Positions 1 through 13,200 of a stretch of 64,000 bases of DNA are shown here, one piece after another. Numbering within the stretch: the first letter of the stretch is position 1; each line of letters opens with the position of its first letter. Source of the DNA: Mobula birostris. Its lineage: Eukaryota. The stretch covers positions 4,011,665 to 4,075,664 of the forward strand of contig NC_092384.1 in the NCBI RefSeq assembly GCF_030028105.1, given 5' to 3'. Under the pieces are notes generated by a model. The model was given only the letters and a program-made list of their open reading frames with translations. It had not been told where the DNA came from and did no database searches. The position numbers were made by a program, and so were the translations under genes.

Positions 1-320
1 GAGTAGAGGTGCAAGGATGTTTCCCATGGTGGTGGAGTCTCGAAGAAGAGCGACAGAACCAGGATAGAGAGTGTCCATTTAAGATAGAGATGCGGAGAAA
101 TTTCTGTCGCTAGAGGGTGGAGAATTTGCGGGATTTGCTACGATAGGCAGCTGAGAGGCCAGGTCGTTGGTATACATAAGGCAGAGCTTGATAGGTTCTT
201 GACTGCACATGACATCCAAGGTTACGGGAAGAAGTCCGGGCAGAAAAAAAAAGAATCAGCTAGGATTGAATGGCGGAGTAGAGTCGATGGCCAAATAGCC
301 TAATTCTTGCCCTGTGGTCT
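1..320 (+). mobile_element. CR1 LINE 3' end (ORF2 C-terminus and 3' tail), cut by the window edge
   Basis: Degenerate MFPMVVESR...EMRRNF-type ORF2 end, then the tail gattgaatggcggagtagagtcgatggccaaatagcctaattct shared with the CR1 3' ends near 43650, 60670 and 62600. Confidence 0.8.
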
Positions 321-560
321 TACTGCTATATCTGCACTGTACTGATGCTGTAAAACAAATTTCACATTATGTAACTGATTGATAATAAAAATGGTTCTAT
401 ATCTGATTCTGAACTGATTCATTGTATTCATTCGGGTAGAATTCGATAAGCAACTTCTTTGGATATGTGCGTCATGTGAATGTCATGAGCGTTTTACTGG
501 GAATATATTTCAGTTTATATTTGGTCGTGGATCATAGCGTAAAAATGTAATGGTCTACTT

Positions 561-2621
561 TCAATTTCGAGATTTGGAGTACTTGGGGTCCTCAGAAAGT
601 CCAAATTCAGAGGATCGAAAACGAATCCTGAAGCCAGCTGGAGTCATTTGGCAGCGGAGACACGTTCCTAGGAAGGATATATGGCTGTTATAGCGGGTCT
701 GGGTGAGCGTATGTTAGAAAAGTTAACGAGCCGAAGAAATTATAGATGGGGAGCAGTCGGAGAGGGTTTCACTCAACTCCCGTCGAAGAGAATATTTAAA
801 ATTCTTCAGTGTAAGCATCACTGGAAGAGGCTCCGCAGTAATGAATTTTAAACCGTAAAGACGAGAAAATCTGCAGATGCTCGAAGTTCAAGCGACATGC
901 GCAAAATGTAGGTGGAATGCAAGAGGCCAGACAGCAGCAATAGGAAGAAATACAGACGACGTTTCCGGTCGAGATGTTTGCCGGGGACTAAAGGAAAAAA
1001 GAGATAGTAAGAGATTTGGAAGTGGGAGGGGGAGGCGGAGACCCGAAATGATAGGAGAAGACAGAAAGGGGGAGGAGAGCATCAGAGGAAGATGGAGAAC
1101 AGGCAAGGAGTTATTGTGAGACGGATAGAGAGAAGAAGAAAAAAAATGCATAAATCAGAGGAACGGGGTAAGAAGGGGCCATTAACGGAAGTTAGAGAGA
1201 TCAATATTCATTGCATCATCGGAGAGGCCGGTCAGAGGCTCGAAGTTTTCGGACGGATGGACTCAGTGTCTGCTGTGGTCGGCTGCTTCCAGGGCATCGG
1301 CAAGTTGACGGTGCCTGGAGGTTTATGGCCGGGAGTTTCTCCCTTTTGCCGCCGCTATCGGGGACTCGGGAGTCGATCGACTCGGGGACATTTGAGCCTT
1401 TATTTACCGTGCCCATGGCTTGTTCTTCATCAAATTATGGTATTGCTTTGCACTGCTGTAACTATATGTTATAATTATGTGGTTCTGTCAGTGTTAGTCT
1501 TTGGGTTGTCCTGTTTTCTCTGATATCACTCTGGAAAAACATTGTATCATTGCTTAACGCATGTAAGCATTTCTAAATGACAATAAAAGAGGACTGAGTG
1601 TTCTCATAATCTAAATCAGGTTGGATGCTACCGAGACGGAATATAAGGTGTTGTTCCTCCAACCTGAGTGTGGGTTCATTTTGACGGTAGAGGAGGCCAT
1701 GGATAGACATATCAGAATGGGAATGGGACGTGGAATTAAAATGTGTGCCCACTGGGAAATCTTGCTTCCTTTGGCGGACAGCGCGTAGGTGTTCAGCGAA
1801 TCGGTCTCCCAGCCTGCGTCGGGTCTCGCCAATATATAGAAGGCCACATCGAGAGCACTGGACACATTATATCACCCCAGCCGACTCACAGGTGAAGTGT
1901 CGCCTCACATGGAAGGACTGTCTGGGGCCTAGAATGGTGGTGAAGAAGGAAGTGTAAGGGCAGGTGTAGCACTTGTTCCGCTTACAAGGATAAGTGCCGG
2001 GAGGGAGATAGGTGGGAAGGGATTGGGGGGACGAATGGACAAGGGAGTCGCGTAGGGAGCGATCCCTGCATTAGCAGAACGTGGGGGGCAGGGAAAGATG
2101 TGCTTGGTGATGGGATCCCGTTGGAGGTGGCGGAAGTTACGGAGAATTATATCTTGGACACGGAGGCTGGTGGGGTGGTAGGCGAGGACAAGAGGAATCC
2201 TATCCCTAGTGCCATGGCGGGAGGATGGGGTGAGAGCAGATGTGCGCGAAATGGGAGAGATGCGTTTGGGAACGGAGTTGATGGTGGAGGAATAGAAGCC
2301 CCTTTCTTTATAAAAGGAAGACATCTCCCTCGTCCTCGAATGAAAAGCCTCATCCTGAGAGCAGATGCGGCGGAGACGGAGGAATTGAGAGAAGGGGATG
2401 GCGTTTTTACAGGTAACACGGTGGGAAGAGGAACAGTACAGGTCTCTGTGGGAGTCCGTGGGCTTATAGTAAACATCAGCAGACAAGCTGTCTCCAGAGA
2501 TAGAGACAGAGAGATCAAAGAAGGGGAGCATAGCTGAGACCCATAATGGTGCCCATGGCTACACCTTTAATTTGAAGGAAGTGGGAGAAGCCATCAGAGA
2601 AATTATGAAGAGGAAGTTGTG
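561..2621 (-). mobile_element. Penelope-like element: 3' half of copy B plus the ORF start of a following copy (pLTR-like unit); interrupted at 1219-1614
   Basis: ORF 1929-2531 has DVYYKPTDSH...AIPFSQFLRLRRICS (PLE RT thumb). 561-1214 repeats 9990-10760. Confidence 0.85.
1219..1614 (+). mobile_element. Unclassified non-LTR retroposon 3' fragment (AATAAA signal, AATCT-type tail) inserted in the Penelope copy
   Basis: Same 3' end (aataaaa/cgaggactgagtgt.ctcataatctaa) at 38930-39242 and 56698-56762. Possible ATCA duplication at 1215-1218 and 1615-1618. Penelope sequence resumes on both sides. Confidence 0.65.
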
Positions 2622-3405
2622 TGTCACGTCCCCCGTGACGGGTTTTTTAACCAGCCATAATGGAAATATTTTGGAGTCTGGTTTTGGTGTTAACAAATAA
2701 TATTTATTAACAACTACGCAATACAGTAATATAAATTCAGATATATCAAACAGGTTAGCAATGATTATATATATCAGTGTGGAAATATACAAAACCAAAC
2801 TTTTTCAAGCCTGGGGTAAACGGATACAGTCTTACGATGATGGGTAAAGTTTGGTTCAGTTCGTGGTATTGAGTTGAGTAGTGATGGGGAGAGAGAGGCT
2901 TTATGGTTGTCCGAGTAAGCTGATGCCGTCAATTCTTCCCGTTGTCCTCCGATATCCTTTAGAAGATACCGAATGTGTCCACAACAAGGGTACCATTTGC
3001 AGTGGTGGAGTTATCGAACCTGGCGAGGGTTGAACACACTAATAACTTCCCACTGGGCACACCTTTTCCATACTGCGAGAGCCACTGATCGATTCTCTTG
3101 ATCGACCCTCCAAAAACCCGCCTTTCTGTGGGCACAACAAAGCTCATCCAGTGTCCAAAACCATGTGTGTCTAACAACCAGCTGACCTTGTATTTATCTC
3201 AGCAAGCTGAACACCAGCTGTCCATCAAGTAGCTCCTGCCTTCTCTCCCTGTAGGAACTCAGAAGCTGGCAGTGTCCTTACAGAAAATCCGAACAAACTG
3301 CGAGCAGTCTTCGCCTCTCTCTTAATAACAAGGTGTTTGTGCTGTACAGCTCTCTCTCTCTCTTTAAAAGCACGGTTCATAGCGATAATTCAGGATCCCA
3401 TCACA
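2622..3405 (-). repeat. 3' LTR of Gypsy element 1
   Basis: Direct repeat of 7781-8420; immediately preceded on the minus strand by the PPT. Confidence 0.9.
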
Positions 3406-3418
3406 TCTTCCTCCTTTT
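3406..3418 (-). other. Polypurine tract AAAAGGAGGAAGA
   Basis: Purine run abutting the TG start of the 3' LTR on the minus strand. Confidence 0.8.
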
Positions 3419-3559
3419 GGGAAGAAATTGATGTGATGAAGCAGCAAAATTTTTAGTTTAATTGTAGATCACAAAGTTTGAAACAATACATGTATAATTT
3501 TCAGATAACAGAACAAAACGTGTACAACTTCTAACTTAACATCTGGATCAACAATCAGC

Positions 3560-6500
3560 TATAATGTTGTCAGTACCTTTTACATGTTTTATTTCAGGTC
3601 ATATTCTTGCAAGATAAGACTCCAGTTTGATAAGCTTCTATTCCTATCCTTCATCTTAGTTAGAAACAACAATGGATTGTCGTCCTTGTAAACCACAAGT
3701 GGTTTCTGGGCAGGACAAACATAGACCTCAAAATGTTGTAAAGCCAGAATAAGTGATACCAACTCCTTTCAACAGTAGAGTAATTTTTCTGGTGCATATT
3801 AAATTTCTTTGAGAAATAAGCTACTGGATGTTCAATGTCATTATCATCCTTTTCCAACAATACTGCACCAGCAGATTCGTCACTAGTGCCTATCGCTATA
3901 GAGAATGGTTTATTAAAATCGGGTGCTTTGAGGACAGGATGATAACACAAAATAGTTTTCAAATGCCTCCTGTCAAAGGTCACTCCCTGCAAAGCTTTCA
4001 TTCTGCCCTCGGAGTTTCGTTAAGCGGACAGAGATGCCTGCGAAGCTCTGACAAAACATACGCTAATGCCCAACCATTCCTAAAACATTCTAAAAGCGTT
4101 CTTGCCCGTCGGAACGGGAACCTCAGCAATAGTATGAACCTTGGCCTGCACAGGAGGCAGTTGGCCCTTGCCTACTACGTAGCTAAGATAAGTAATAGTG
4201 GTGTGCCCAAACTTACTTTTAGCAAGGTTTACGGTAAGATTTGCATTGGACAGCCTTTCAAATAGTTGTTCTACAGCCGCAATGTGCTCTTCTCACGTGT
4301 CATTCCATGCAACCAGATCATCAATATAAACCCCTGTATTTTTTGAACCCTGAATTACTGAATTCATCATCTTTTGGAATGTCCCTGGAGCATTTTTTAT
4401 CCCAAAGGGTAAAACATTGTACTCATACAGTCCAGATGGTGTCACAAATCGGATATTTCTTTAGCCCTTTCTGTCAAAGGAACACTGCAGTATCCTTTTA
4501 ACAGGTCAATCTTTGTAAGGTATTTAGCCTTTCCCACTGTATCAATACAGTCATCCACTCTGTTTCCTAATTCTTTCTTGATTCTAATTTCTTGTTCAAC
4601 CATTCTACTTTTTCCAAAGTTCATTCTGTAGTGATGCTGTTTGATCGGCTCGGCTGAGCCTACAATGACGTCATGCACTGCAGCCGTGCACTGTCTTGGA
4701 ATGTCATGGAATAAATCTTTATACTTGCTAATTAACCCTTCGAATTAAGCCTTCGAATTGTTTTTGCTGTGCAAGCTCCAAATGATGGACTTTGTTATTA
4801 ATATCTTTCAAAACAATAGTGTTTTTGAGCTTTGTGGAGACTGCACTGAGTACATTAAAATTATCTGGTATCTCGGTACCAGGCCCCACAGCTTCATTTG
4901 TTTTCATAACAGTACTCACAGGTGATATTTCCGTGTCATGATGAGGCTTGAGCATGTTTACGTCAGCGACTTGAGTAGCCTTCCTTCGGTCATAAGTTCT
5001 AGTAACATAATTTAAAGAATCAATGTTCTTAATTATCTGGTATGGCCCATGAAATTGCGCTTGTAGGGGGTTGGTCAAAAGGGGGAACAAGACCAAGACC
5101 CTACCTCCAACCTGAAACACCTTTTCTCTCGCTTTCCTATCAAACCCGTATTTCATTTTAATTTGGGAGTTTTGCAAATCTGCTTTGCAAGGTCACAAGC
5201 ATTGTTAAGCTTTTATCTGAGTTCCAAAACATAATCCAGCACACTGACACTTACTTTCAGATCAGACCACTTTTCTCTGGGCAAGGTCAAATGTCCTCAG
5301 AGCCTGTGACCGAAAATAAGCTCAAAAGGACTACACCCCAATGATTTTTAATCGAGTCTCTAACAGCAAATAAGAGTAGGGGAACCCCCACATCCCAGTT
5401 TTTTTTTTCGATTTTCCACACAATATGTTTTAGTTATGGTCTTAAGAGTGGAGTAGAACCGCTTTAGGGCTCCCTTGGACGCTGGGTGATATTCAGATGA
5501 CACAATGTGCTTAGCTCCCAGTTCTCTAACTATCCCCTGGAATGCTCCCGAAGTAAAGTTACTACTCTGGTCAGATTGAATTTCTTTGGGCAGACCTACC
5601 AGTGTGAAAAACTTGATGAATGCTTTTACCACAGTCTTGGCCTGGATGTTTCTGAGAAGCACGGCTTCAGGGAACCTAGACGCAGCACACATAATTGTTA
5701 ACAAGTAGTGATAACTAGCTGCAGTCTTCGGCAATGGGCCAACACAACGCACTATGACCCCAGAAAAAGGTTCACCAAAAGTAGGTAACGGTTTACGTGG
5801 TACTACTTGAATAACCTGATTAGGTTTCACCACAACCTGGCAAGTATGGCAAGTCCTGCAAAAATTCACAACATCCTTTCTTAAATTAGGCTAGTAGAAT
5901 TCCTTCATAATCCTATTTGCTGTCTTTATCATTCCAAAATATCCATCTAAATGCATACTACGAGCCATGTTTAAAATCTCAGCTCTGTAAACTTTCGAGA
6001 CCACAACCTGATGTTCGATAGTCCAATCCTCACTTGAAGCACAGTGGGTGGTCTCCACTTCCTCATTAACAAACTATCTTTAAGGTAGTATTCTACTGAC
6101 TCTGACTGAACCTTCTCTTCTGTAAAGGCTGTCTCCTTTAAAGCGTCAATTTCAGAATCTGAATTCTGTTCCTCTATACATTCCTTCCTAGATAAGGACA
6201 AACCTTTCTCATCAACCTTACTCTCATCGGCTTTACTACCTTCTAGGTCCTGCTAGAATAGGGACTGTAAGAAAGTCGCTGATAAATCATTATGAGCATC
6301 AGCAGACTTTCCAGACATGTTTCGAGTGACTACGCCGGCAGGGTAAACATCAGTCTGCATGTGTGGGTCATTAGCAGCAGCAAGATTGCTAGTTACCTTA
6401 ACTGCTGGATAAACATCATCTTGAATAGGTGTCAATCTCCCCCCAATGTTTTCTAAATTCAGCGCTATCACCAGACTTACGGAAACCATGTGTATACTGT

Positions 6501-7760
6501 GAAAAATCCCAAACAGTCCATTTATTTTATTTCTACAACCTTCAACTCGATCTATCTCCATAGTAACCTCTTCAAATAACTTCTCAAAACCAAAACAATC
6601 TTTTTCTCTACATCACAATCGTGAAAAGCAACCACATAACTTTGAAGTTGTTTACATTCAAGTGTTAAAAGAAAATTCAACAGAGTGGCACCTATGTCTT
6701 TAGCAGGCCGTTGTCCTAAAGGCAGGGCCAAAGGGCGCGAAACCAATCCAAGCTTCACAAGTACATCATTCAAACGTCCAGAAACAACACCATTCTCAAT
6801 ATAGTCAGTAACATTTACCTCAACAATTTTCATCTCATCTCTAACTTTTAGAACACTGTCTAATTCAAGTGACTGAGAATCCTCAACTTCAACTGGTACT
6901 AAGGATAACCCCTTATTCACTGAACCAAGACCATTTGACACAAAAGGACTGCATTCCCTTCAACCGAGTCAGACACCTCAGACCTGAACTGAGCTTCTTC
7001 ACAAGGCTCAGTACCCTGTGAACTCACAGGTACTTCAACAACCTGGGCCATCATCACCTGTCCCAGTTTCAAATTCAAGGTTACCCTGATCTTCCCAGCT
7101 ACTCTCTGGGAAACTCTCATCCGGAGTAAACTGAACCTCGTGGTTTAAAACAAACTCGTTTGCTGTCTTAGCAGACCCCGCAGGATGGCGGCATGCTCTT
7201 CATCTAGTAAGCCCTTACATAATCGGGAACACAACTTTTAAATTCTTAAATCAACACAAACTCTTTCGAGCTGTAAAAATCAGCAGAGTGCAACACTGAG
7301 CCTCCCAGCAGCCACATCTCCCTCTTAAACTCTCTCTCTGACTTTCTGCCTCTTCCCTCTGCTTTTCTGCCTCAGCGGCCTCGAGCTGCTTCAGTTGCAA
7401 CTCATGCTCTCTTTTCCTATCCTCAGCCTCCAGCGTGAATGGCTCTACCTGAAGCTGAATCTCAGCCTCAGTAAGTTTACCTCCATCGCATAACTATAAC
7501 ACCTCCTCTTCAAACTATCCGTTAGCTATATAATACCATCTGCGTCTGAGCTTTCCTCATTTTAGTGGTCCCTCTTAGTCTTAATTTTTGAGCGATTGCC
7601 AACAGCACATTCCTCGTACTGTTCTCCAACGCTTCAGGGGTTGGTTCCAATAGAACCTTCTCAACACTAACCTCCACTCCTGCTTTTTTTTCCACACAAA
7701 CAAATCCAGAAGGATTTTCCCCAATCAATTCAAACAAGTCCTCACACAATTTGTTCAAAA
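3560..7760 (-). pseudogene. Disrupted gag-pol: gag (7522-7758), integrase (5971-6201, 5360-5869, 4728-5177), RT (4442-4678), RNase H (3660-4001)
   Basis: FCRTCHTCQ...GPLPKT...SRFPEA...SDQSSNF (IN core); FHGPY (IN C-terminus); AKYLTKIDLLKGY (RT); HPVAYFSKK...NYSTVE (RNase H); many stops and frameshifts. Confidence 0.9.
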
Positions 7761-7776
7761 CCAGGACGAGCCCCCA
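7761..7776 (-). other. Primer-binding site, tRNA-Pro type
   Basis: Minus strand reads TGGGGGCTCGTCCTGG, 4 nt after the 5' LTR; matches the tRNA-Pro complement TGGGGGCTCGTCCGGG at 15 of 16 positions. Confidence 0.85.
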
Positions 7777-7780
7777 ATTT

Positions 7781-8320
7781 TGTCACGTACCCCGTGACGG
7801 GTTAAGGAAGCAGCGAAAATGAAAAACACCATGGAGTCTGATTTTGCTGTTAACTATCGCTATTTATTAGTAACTACGCAATGATTATATATATACAAGT
7901 CTGGAAATATATAAAACCAATCTTCCTCAAGCCTGGGGGTAAATGGATACAGTCTTACGAATGTGATCACAACAAGGGGATCGTTTGCAGTGGTGGAGTT
8001 ATCAACCCAGGCGAGGGTTGGGTACACTAAAACATCCCATTGGTCACACCTCTTCCATACTGCGAGAGCCACTGATCGATTCTTCTGATCGATCCTCTAA
8101 AAACTCACCTTTCTGTGGGCACAACAAAGCTCATCCAGTTTCCAAAACCATGTGTGCCTAACAACCAGCTGACCTTGTATTTATCTCAGCAAGCTGAACA
8201 CCAGCTGTCCATCAAGTAGCTCCTGCCTTCTCTCCCTGTAGGAACTCAGAAGCTGGCAGTGTCATTGCAGAAACTCCAAACAAAGTCTTCTCTCTTAATA
8301 TCAAGGTGTTTGTGCTGTAC

Positions 8321-8378
<58 letters not shown>

Positions 8379-8420
8379 TTAAAAGCACAGTTCACAGGGA
8401 TGATTCAGGACCCATTCACA
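7781..8420 (-). repeat. 5' LTR of Gypsy element 1 (internally shorter, expanded CT repeat)
   Basis: tgtcacgtaccccgtgacgg...cccattcaca matches the ends of 2622-3405. Confidence 0.9.
8323..8378. repeat. (CT)n microsatellite
   Basis: About 28 CT units with one interruption. Confidence 0.95.
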
Positions 8421-10285
8421 GGTGGTAGCGGGGAATTGGTTGGGTCTGAAATCCAAAAAGAAGCGTAGAGCTTTGAGACCTTCCTGGTGGAGGATGGAGG
8501 TATATAGGGACTGGACATCTATAGTGAAAATAAGACGATGGGGGCCAGGGAACTTGAAATCATTAAAAAAAAATCCAGACCATGAGACCTGTCACGAACA
8601 TAGGCGGGTAGACGTTAAACAAAGGGGTATAAAATAGAGTGGAGCTATGCAGAAATGAGTTCGGTGGGGCAAGAGCAAGCTGAAACAATGGGTCTACCTG
8701 GACAGGCAAGTTTGTGTATCTTGGGTAGGAGGTAGAACCGGGAAGTTCGGGGTGCGGGGACTATGAGGTTAGTGACAGTGGATGGGAGATCCGCAGAGCT
8801 GATAGGGTTGGTGTTAGTGTGGGAGACAATGGCCTGGTGCTTCTTAGTGGGGTCAGGTTCGAGGGGTAAATAATAAGAGGGATCAGTGAGTTGTCGCTGT
8901 GCCTCGGCAAGGAAAATGTCAGGACGCCAGGCTACTACAGCGCCCCCCTTATCAGCGGGTTTTATGGTAAGGCTGGGATTGGTGCGAAAGGAGTGGATAG
9001 TAGAGCGTTCGGAAGGAGTGAGGTTGGGATTGGAACAAGATGTGGTGAAGTCGAGACGGTTGATGTCCCGTCGGCAGTTAGCAATAAAGAGATCCAGAGC
9101 AGGCAGAAGTTCAGAGCGGTGTGTCCATGAAGAAGTAAAGGGTTGAGGACGGGATTAGGTGTCATCAGTGGGGGTAGCAGAATCCTTGCCTAAGAAGTAG
9201 GCTCGGAGAGGGATCCTGCGGAAGAAGAGTTCCGCGTCATGGCGTACGCAGAACTCGCTGAGGTGTGGGCGCAGGGGAACAAAGGTGAGGCCCTTACTGA
9301 GGAAAGAGCACTCTGCCTCAGAGATTGGAAGGTCGGAGGAAATAGTGAAGACCCGGCACGGATGAGACTTTGGGAGCTGGGATCAGAGGAGGCGGGATGT
9401 TGGTAGTGTCAGTGGAGAGGGGAGGGTTGCAGTGAGAGGAAGGTGAAGCCTCTGAAGGCCCAGGAGCTGACGATCGGATCTGAGCGAGACGGGATTGCAG
9501 AGCGGTGGGGGGGAGGGGGGGGAGGGGAGACGTCAGTCACAATAGCAGCACGTGACGACCCGGCCTGGAGTTCGAGGGTGGAGTTGCAGCTGGAGGCTGC
9601 GCGATCGCTTTGAAGATGTCCATAGTCGTTGGAACCCGCATGGTTGGTGGTGGAGTGCGGGCCTGCACATGCTCTGGGTCGGTAGAGCCTCCGAGATTGA
9701 CGGCGGGGGCCACGGTCCGAAGTTCACGCCTGCTAGCGTTGCAGACGGCGGGCTCTGTGATCTGCAGACGGACGATTTTACGATCATTGCAGGACCTGAC
9801 AAAGTCGAAGAAATTGCCAATGCAAGCATGGATCCGACGGCGAATAAAATAACGTACAGGTCCAATACAAACGACGAAACGGGACTTCCGGAGATGTGAA
9901 AGGGACTGGGATAGGGACGCCAGGCACCTCCTCATGGCGGAGAGTGTGGCCCTCAGAGTTCGACGTGAGAAGAACCGGGAGGCAGAGTCAATTAAATGTG
10001 AGTACCTGGGGTCCTCAGAAGATCCAAGTTGAGAGGCTGGAAAACGAATCCTGAATCCAACTGGAGTCGGTTGGCGGCGGTGACACGTTCCTAGGAAGGA
10101 TATATGGCTATAATAGCGGCTGTGGGTGAGCGTATGGTCGTAAAGTTGAAGGGCCGAAGAAATTATAGATGGGGAACAGTGAGAGAGGGTTTCACTAAAC
10201 TACCGTCGAAGAGAAGATTTAAGCTTCTTCAGTGTAGGTAGCGCTGGAAGAGTCTTCGCAGCGGTGAATTTAAAAACGTAGACAC
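8421..10285 (-). mobile_element. Penelope-like element copy B, 5' half including the ORF N-terminus
   Basis: Minus-strand translation gives YSHISFLGTC...PVGFRIRF...ATLSAMRRCLAS; aligns with 11990-13467. Confidence 0.85.
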
Positions 10286-13200
10286 GAGAAAATCTATAGA
10301 CGCTGGAATTTCAAGCAACACACACACACAAAATGCTGGTGGAACGCAGCAGGCCAGGCAGCATCAATAGGAAGAAGTACAGTCGACATCTGGGGTCGAG
10401 ACTCTTAGTCAGGACTAACGGAAAAAAGAGATAGTAAGAGTTTTGAAAGTGGGAGGGGGAGGTGGAGATCCGAAATGATAGGAGAAGACAGGAGGGGGAC
10501 AGATGAGGCTAAGAGCTGGGAAGTTGATTGGTAAATGGGATACAAGAGGGGAGAATGGGGAGTATCACAGGATGGAAGGTCTTGGAAGAAAGTAAGGGGG
10601 AGGGGAGCAACAAAGGAAGATGGAGAAGAGGCAAGGAGTTATTGTGAGAAGGAAAGAGAGGAGAATGAAGGAATGAATGAATGAATGAATAAATAAATAA
10701 ATAAATAAATAGAAGGTCTGGGGTAAGACGGGGAGGAGGGGCATTAAGGGAAGTTAGAGAAACCAATGTTCATGCCATCAGGTTGGAGGCTATCCAGACG
10801 GAATATAAGGTGTTGTTCCTTCAACCTGAGTATGGCTTCATCTCGACAGTAGAGGAGGACATGGATTGACATATCGGAATGGGAATGGGACGTGGAATTA
10901 AAATGAGTGGCCACTAATAGATCTTGCTTTCTCTGGCGAACACAGCGTAGGTATTCAGCGAAACGGTCTCCCAGTCTGCATCGGGTCTCACCAATATATA
11001 TAGAAGGCCACACAGCGAGCATCGGACACAATATATCACACCAGCCGACTCACAGGTGAAGTGTCGCCTCACCTGGAAGGACTGTCTGGGGCCCTGAATG
11101 GTGGTAAGGGAGGAAGTGTAAGGGCAGGTGTTGCACTTGTTCCGCTTACAAGGATAAGTGCCAGGAGGGAGTTCGGTGGGAAAGGATGGGGGGGACAAAT
11201 GGACAAGGGAGTCAGTAGGGAGCGATCCCTGCGGAAAGCAGAGAGAGGGGGAGGGAAAGATGTGCTTGGTGGTGGGATCCTGTTGGAGATGGTGGAAGTT
11301 ATGGAGAATTATATGTTGGACACGGAGGCTGGTCGGGTGGTAGAAAAGGACAAAAGGAACGCTATCCCTAGTGGGGTGGCTGGAGGATGGGGTGAGAGAA
11401 GATGTGCGTGAAATGGGAGAAATGCGTTTGAGGACAGAGTTGATGGTGGAGGAAGGGAAGCCCCTTTCTTTATAAAAAGAAGACATCTCCTTCGACCTGG
11501 AATGAAAAGCCTCATCGTGAGAGCAGATGAGGTGGAGACGGAGAAATTGAGAGAAGGGAATGGCGTTTCTACGGGTAACACGGTGGGAAGATGAATAGTC
11601 CACGTAGCTGTGAAAGTCCGTGGGATTTTAGTAGACATCAGCAGGCAAGTTGTCTCCAGAGACAGAGGCAGAGATATCAAGGAAGAGGAGGGAGGTGTCG
11701 GAAATGGACCAGATTAATTTGAGGGTAGGGTGGAATTTGGAGGCAAAGTTAATGAAGTCAACGAGCTCAGCATGCGTACAGGAAGCAGCGTCAATGCAGT
11801 CGTCCATGTAGCGAAGGAAATGTGGGGGACAGATACCAATATAGGCTTGAAACATCGATTGTTCCACAAAGCCAACAAAAAGGCAAGCATACGGGTGCCC
11901 ATGGCTACAACTTTACTTTGGAGGAAGTGGGAAGAGCCAAAGGAGAAAATATTAAGGGGAAAAACCAATTCTGCTAGACGGAGGAGAGTGGTGGTACAGG
12001 GGAACTGGTTGCGTCTGGAATCCAAAAAGAAACGGAGAATTTTGAGACCTTCCCAGTGGGGGATGGAGGTATATAGGGACTGGACATCCATGGTGAATAT
12101 AAGGAACATGGCCAGGGAACATGAAATCATTGAAATTTTCCAGAGCATGAGAAGTGTCACGAACATAGGTGGGAAGGGATTGAAAAAGGGGGGTAAAGCA
12201 GTGTCCAGGTATGCAGAAATGAATTCGGTGGGGCAGGAGCAAGCTGAGACAATGGGTCTACCTGGACAGACAGGTTTGTGGATCTTGCGTAGGAAGTAGA
12301 AATGGAAAGTGCGGGATGTGGGAATTATGAGGTTGGTGGCAGTGGATGGGAGATCCACAGAGCTGATAAGGTTGGTGATGCTGTGGAAGACAATGCCCTG
12401 GTGCTTCTTAGTGGGGTCAGGTTCGAGGGATAAATAAGAGGAGGCATCAGCGAGTTGTTGCTGTGCCTTGGCAAGGTAGAAGTCAGTACGCCAGACTACA
12501 ACAGCACACCCCTTATCGGCGGGTTTTATAGTAAGATTAGGATTGGTCCGGAGGGATTGGAGAGCAGAGAGTTCGAAAGGAGTAAGGTTGGAATTGGAAC
12601 AAGGTGTGGTGAAGTCGAGACCGTCGATGTCCCGTCGGCAGTTAGCAATAAAAAGCTCCAGAGCCGGTTAAAGACGAGGAGGGTTGAGGAAGGGAGAAGA
12701 GGTCATCCTTGCCGAAGAAGCTCGGAGACGGAGCCGGCAGAAGAAAAGTTTAGCGTCATGGCTCACTCCGTACTCGCTGAGGTGTGCGCGCCGGGGGACA
12801 AAGCTGAGGCTCTTACTGAGGACAGAGTGTTCTGACTCAGAGGGTGGATGGTCGGAGGGGATGGTGAAGACCTGGCACGGATGAGAGCTGGGATCAGAGT
12901 GGGGAGGGAGGTTGGTAGTGTCAGTGGAGAGGGGAGGGTTGCGGTGAGAGGAAGGTGAAGCCTCTGAGGGCCCAGGAGCTGACGATGGGATCTGAGCGAG
13001 ATGGGATTGAAGAGCCGCGGTGGGAGGAGGGGACACGGGAGTTGCAATAGCAGCACGTGACGACCCGGCCTGATGTTCAAGGCTGGTGTCGTAGTTGGAA
13101 GCTGTGCATTCGCTTTGAAGGTGTCCATAGTCGCTGGAACCGGCATGGATGATGTTGGAGTGCGGGTCCTGAACATGCTCTGAGTCGGTAGAACAGCAGA

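Larger units (their letters stand above)
2622..8420 (-). mobile_element. Gmr1-type Ty3/Gypsy LTR retrotransposon (degenerate), inserted in the Penelope copy
   Basis: Two LTRs with TG...CA ends, a PBS and a PPT. Minus-strand order is gag, PR region, IN, RT, RNase H. Flanks TGTG/GGTG are an imperfect 4-bp TSD. Penelope sequence continues across the element. Confidence 0.9.

Noticed and set aside
7761-7776. tRNA gene
   Set aside because: Only the 3'-complementary PBS is present, with no cloverleaf; no tRNA or rRNA gene was recognised in the window
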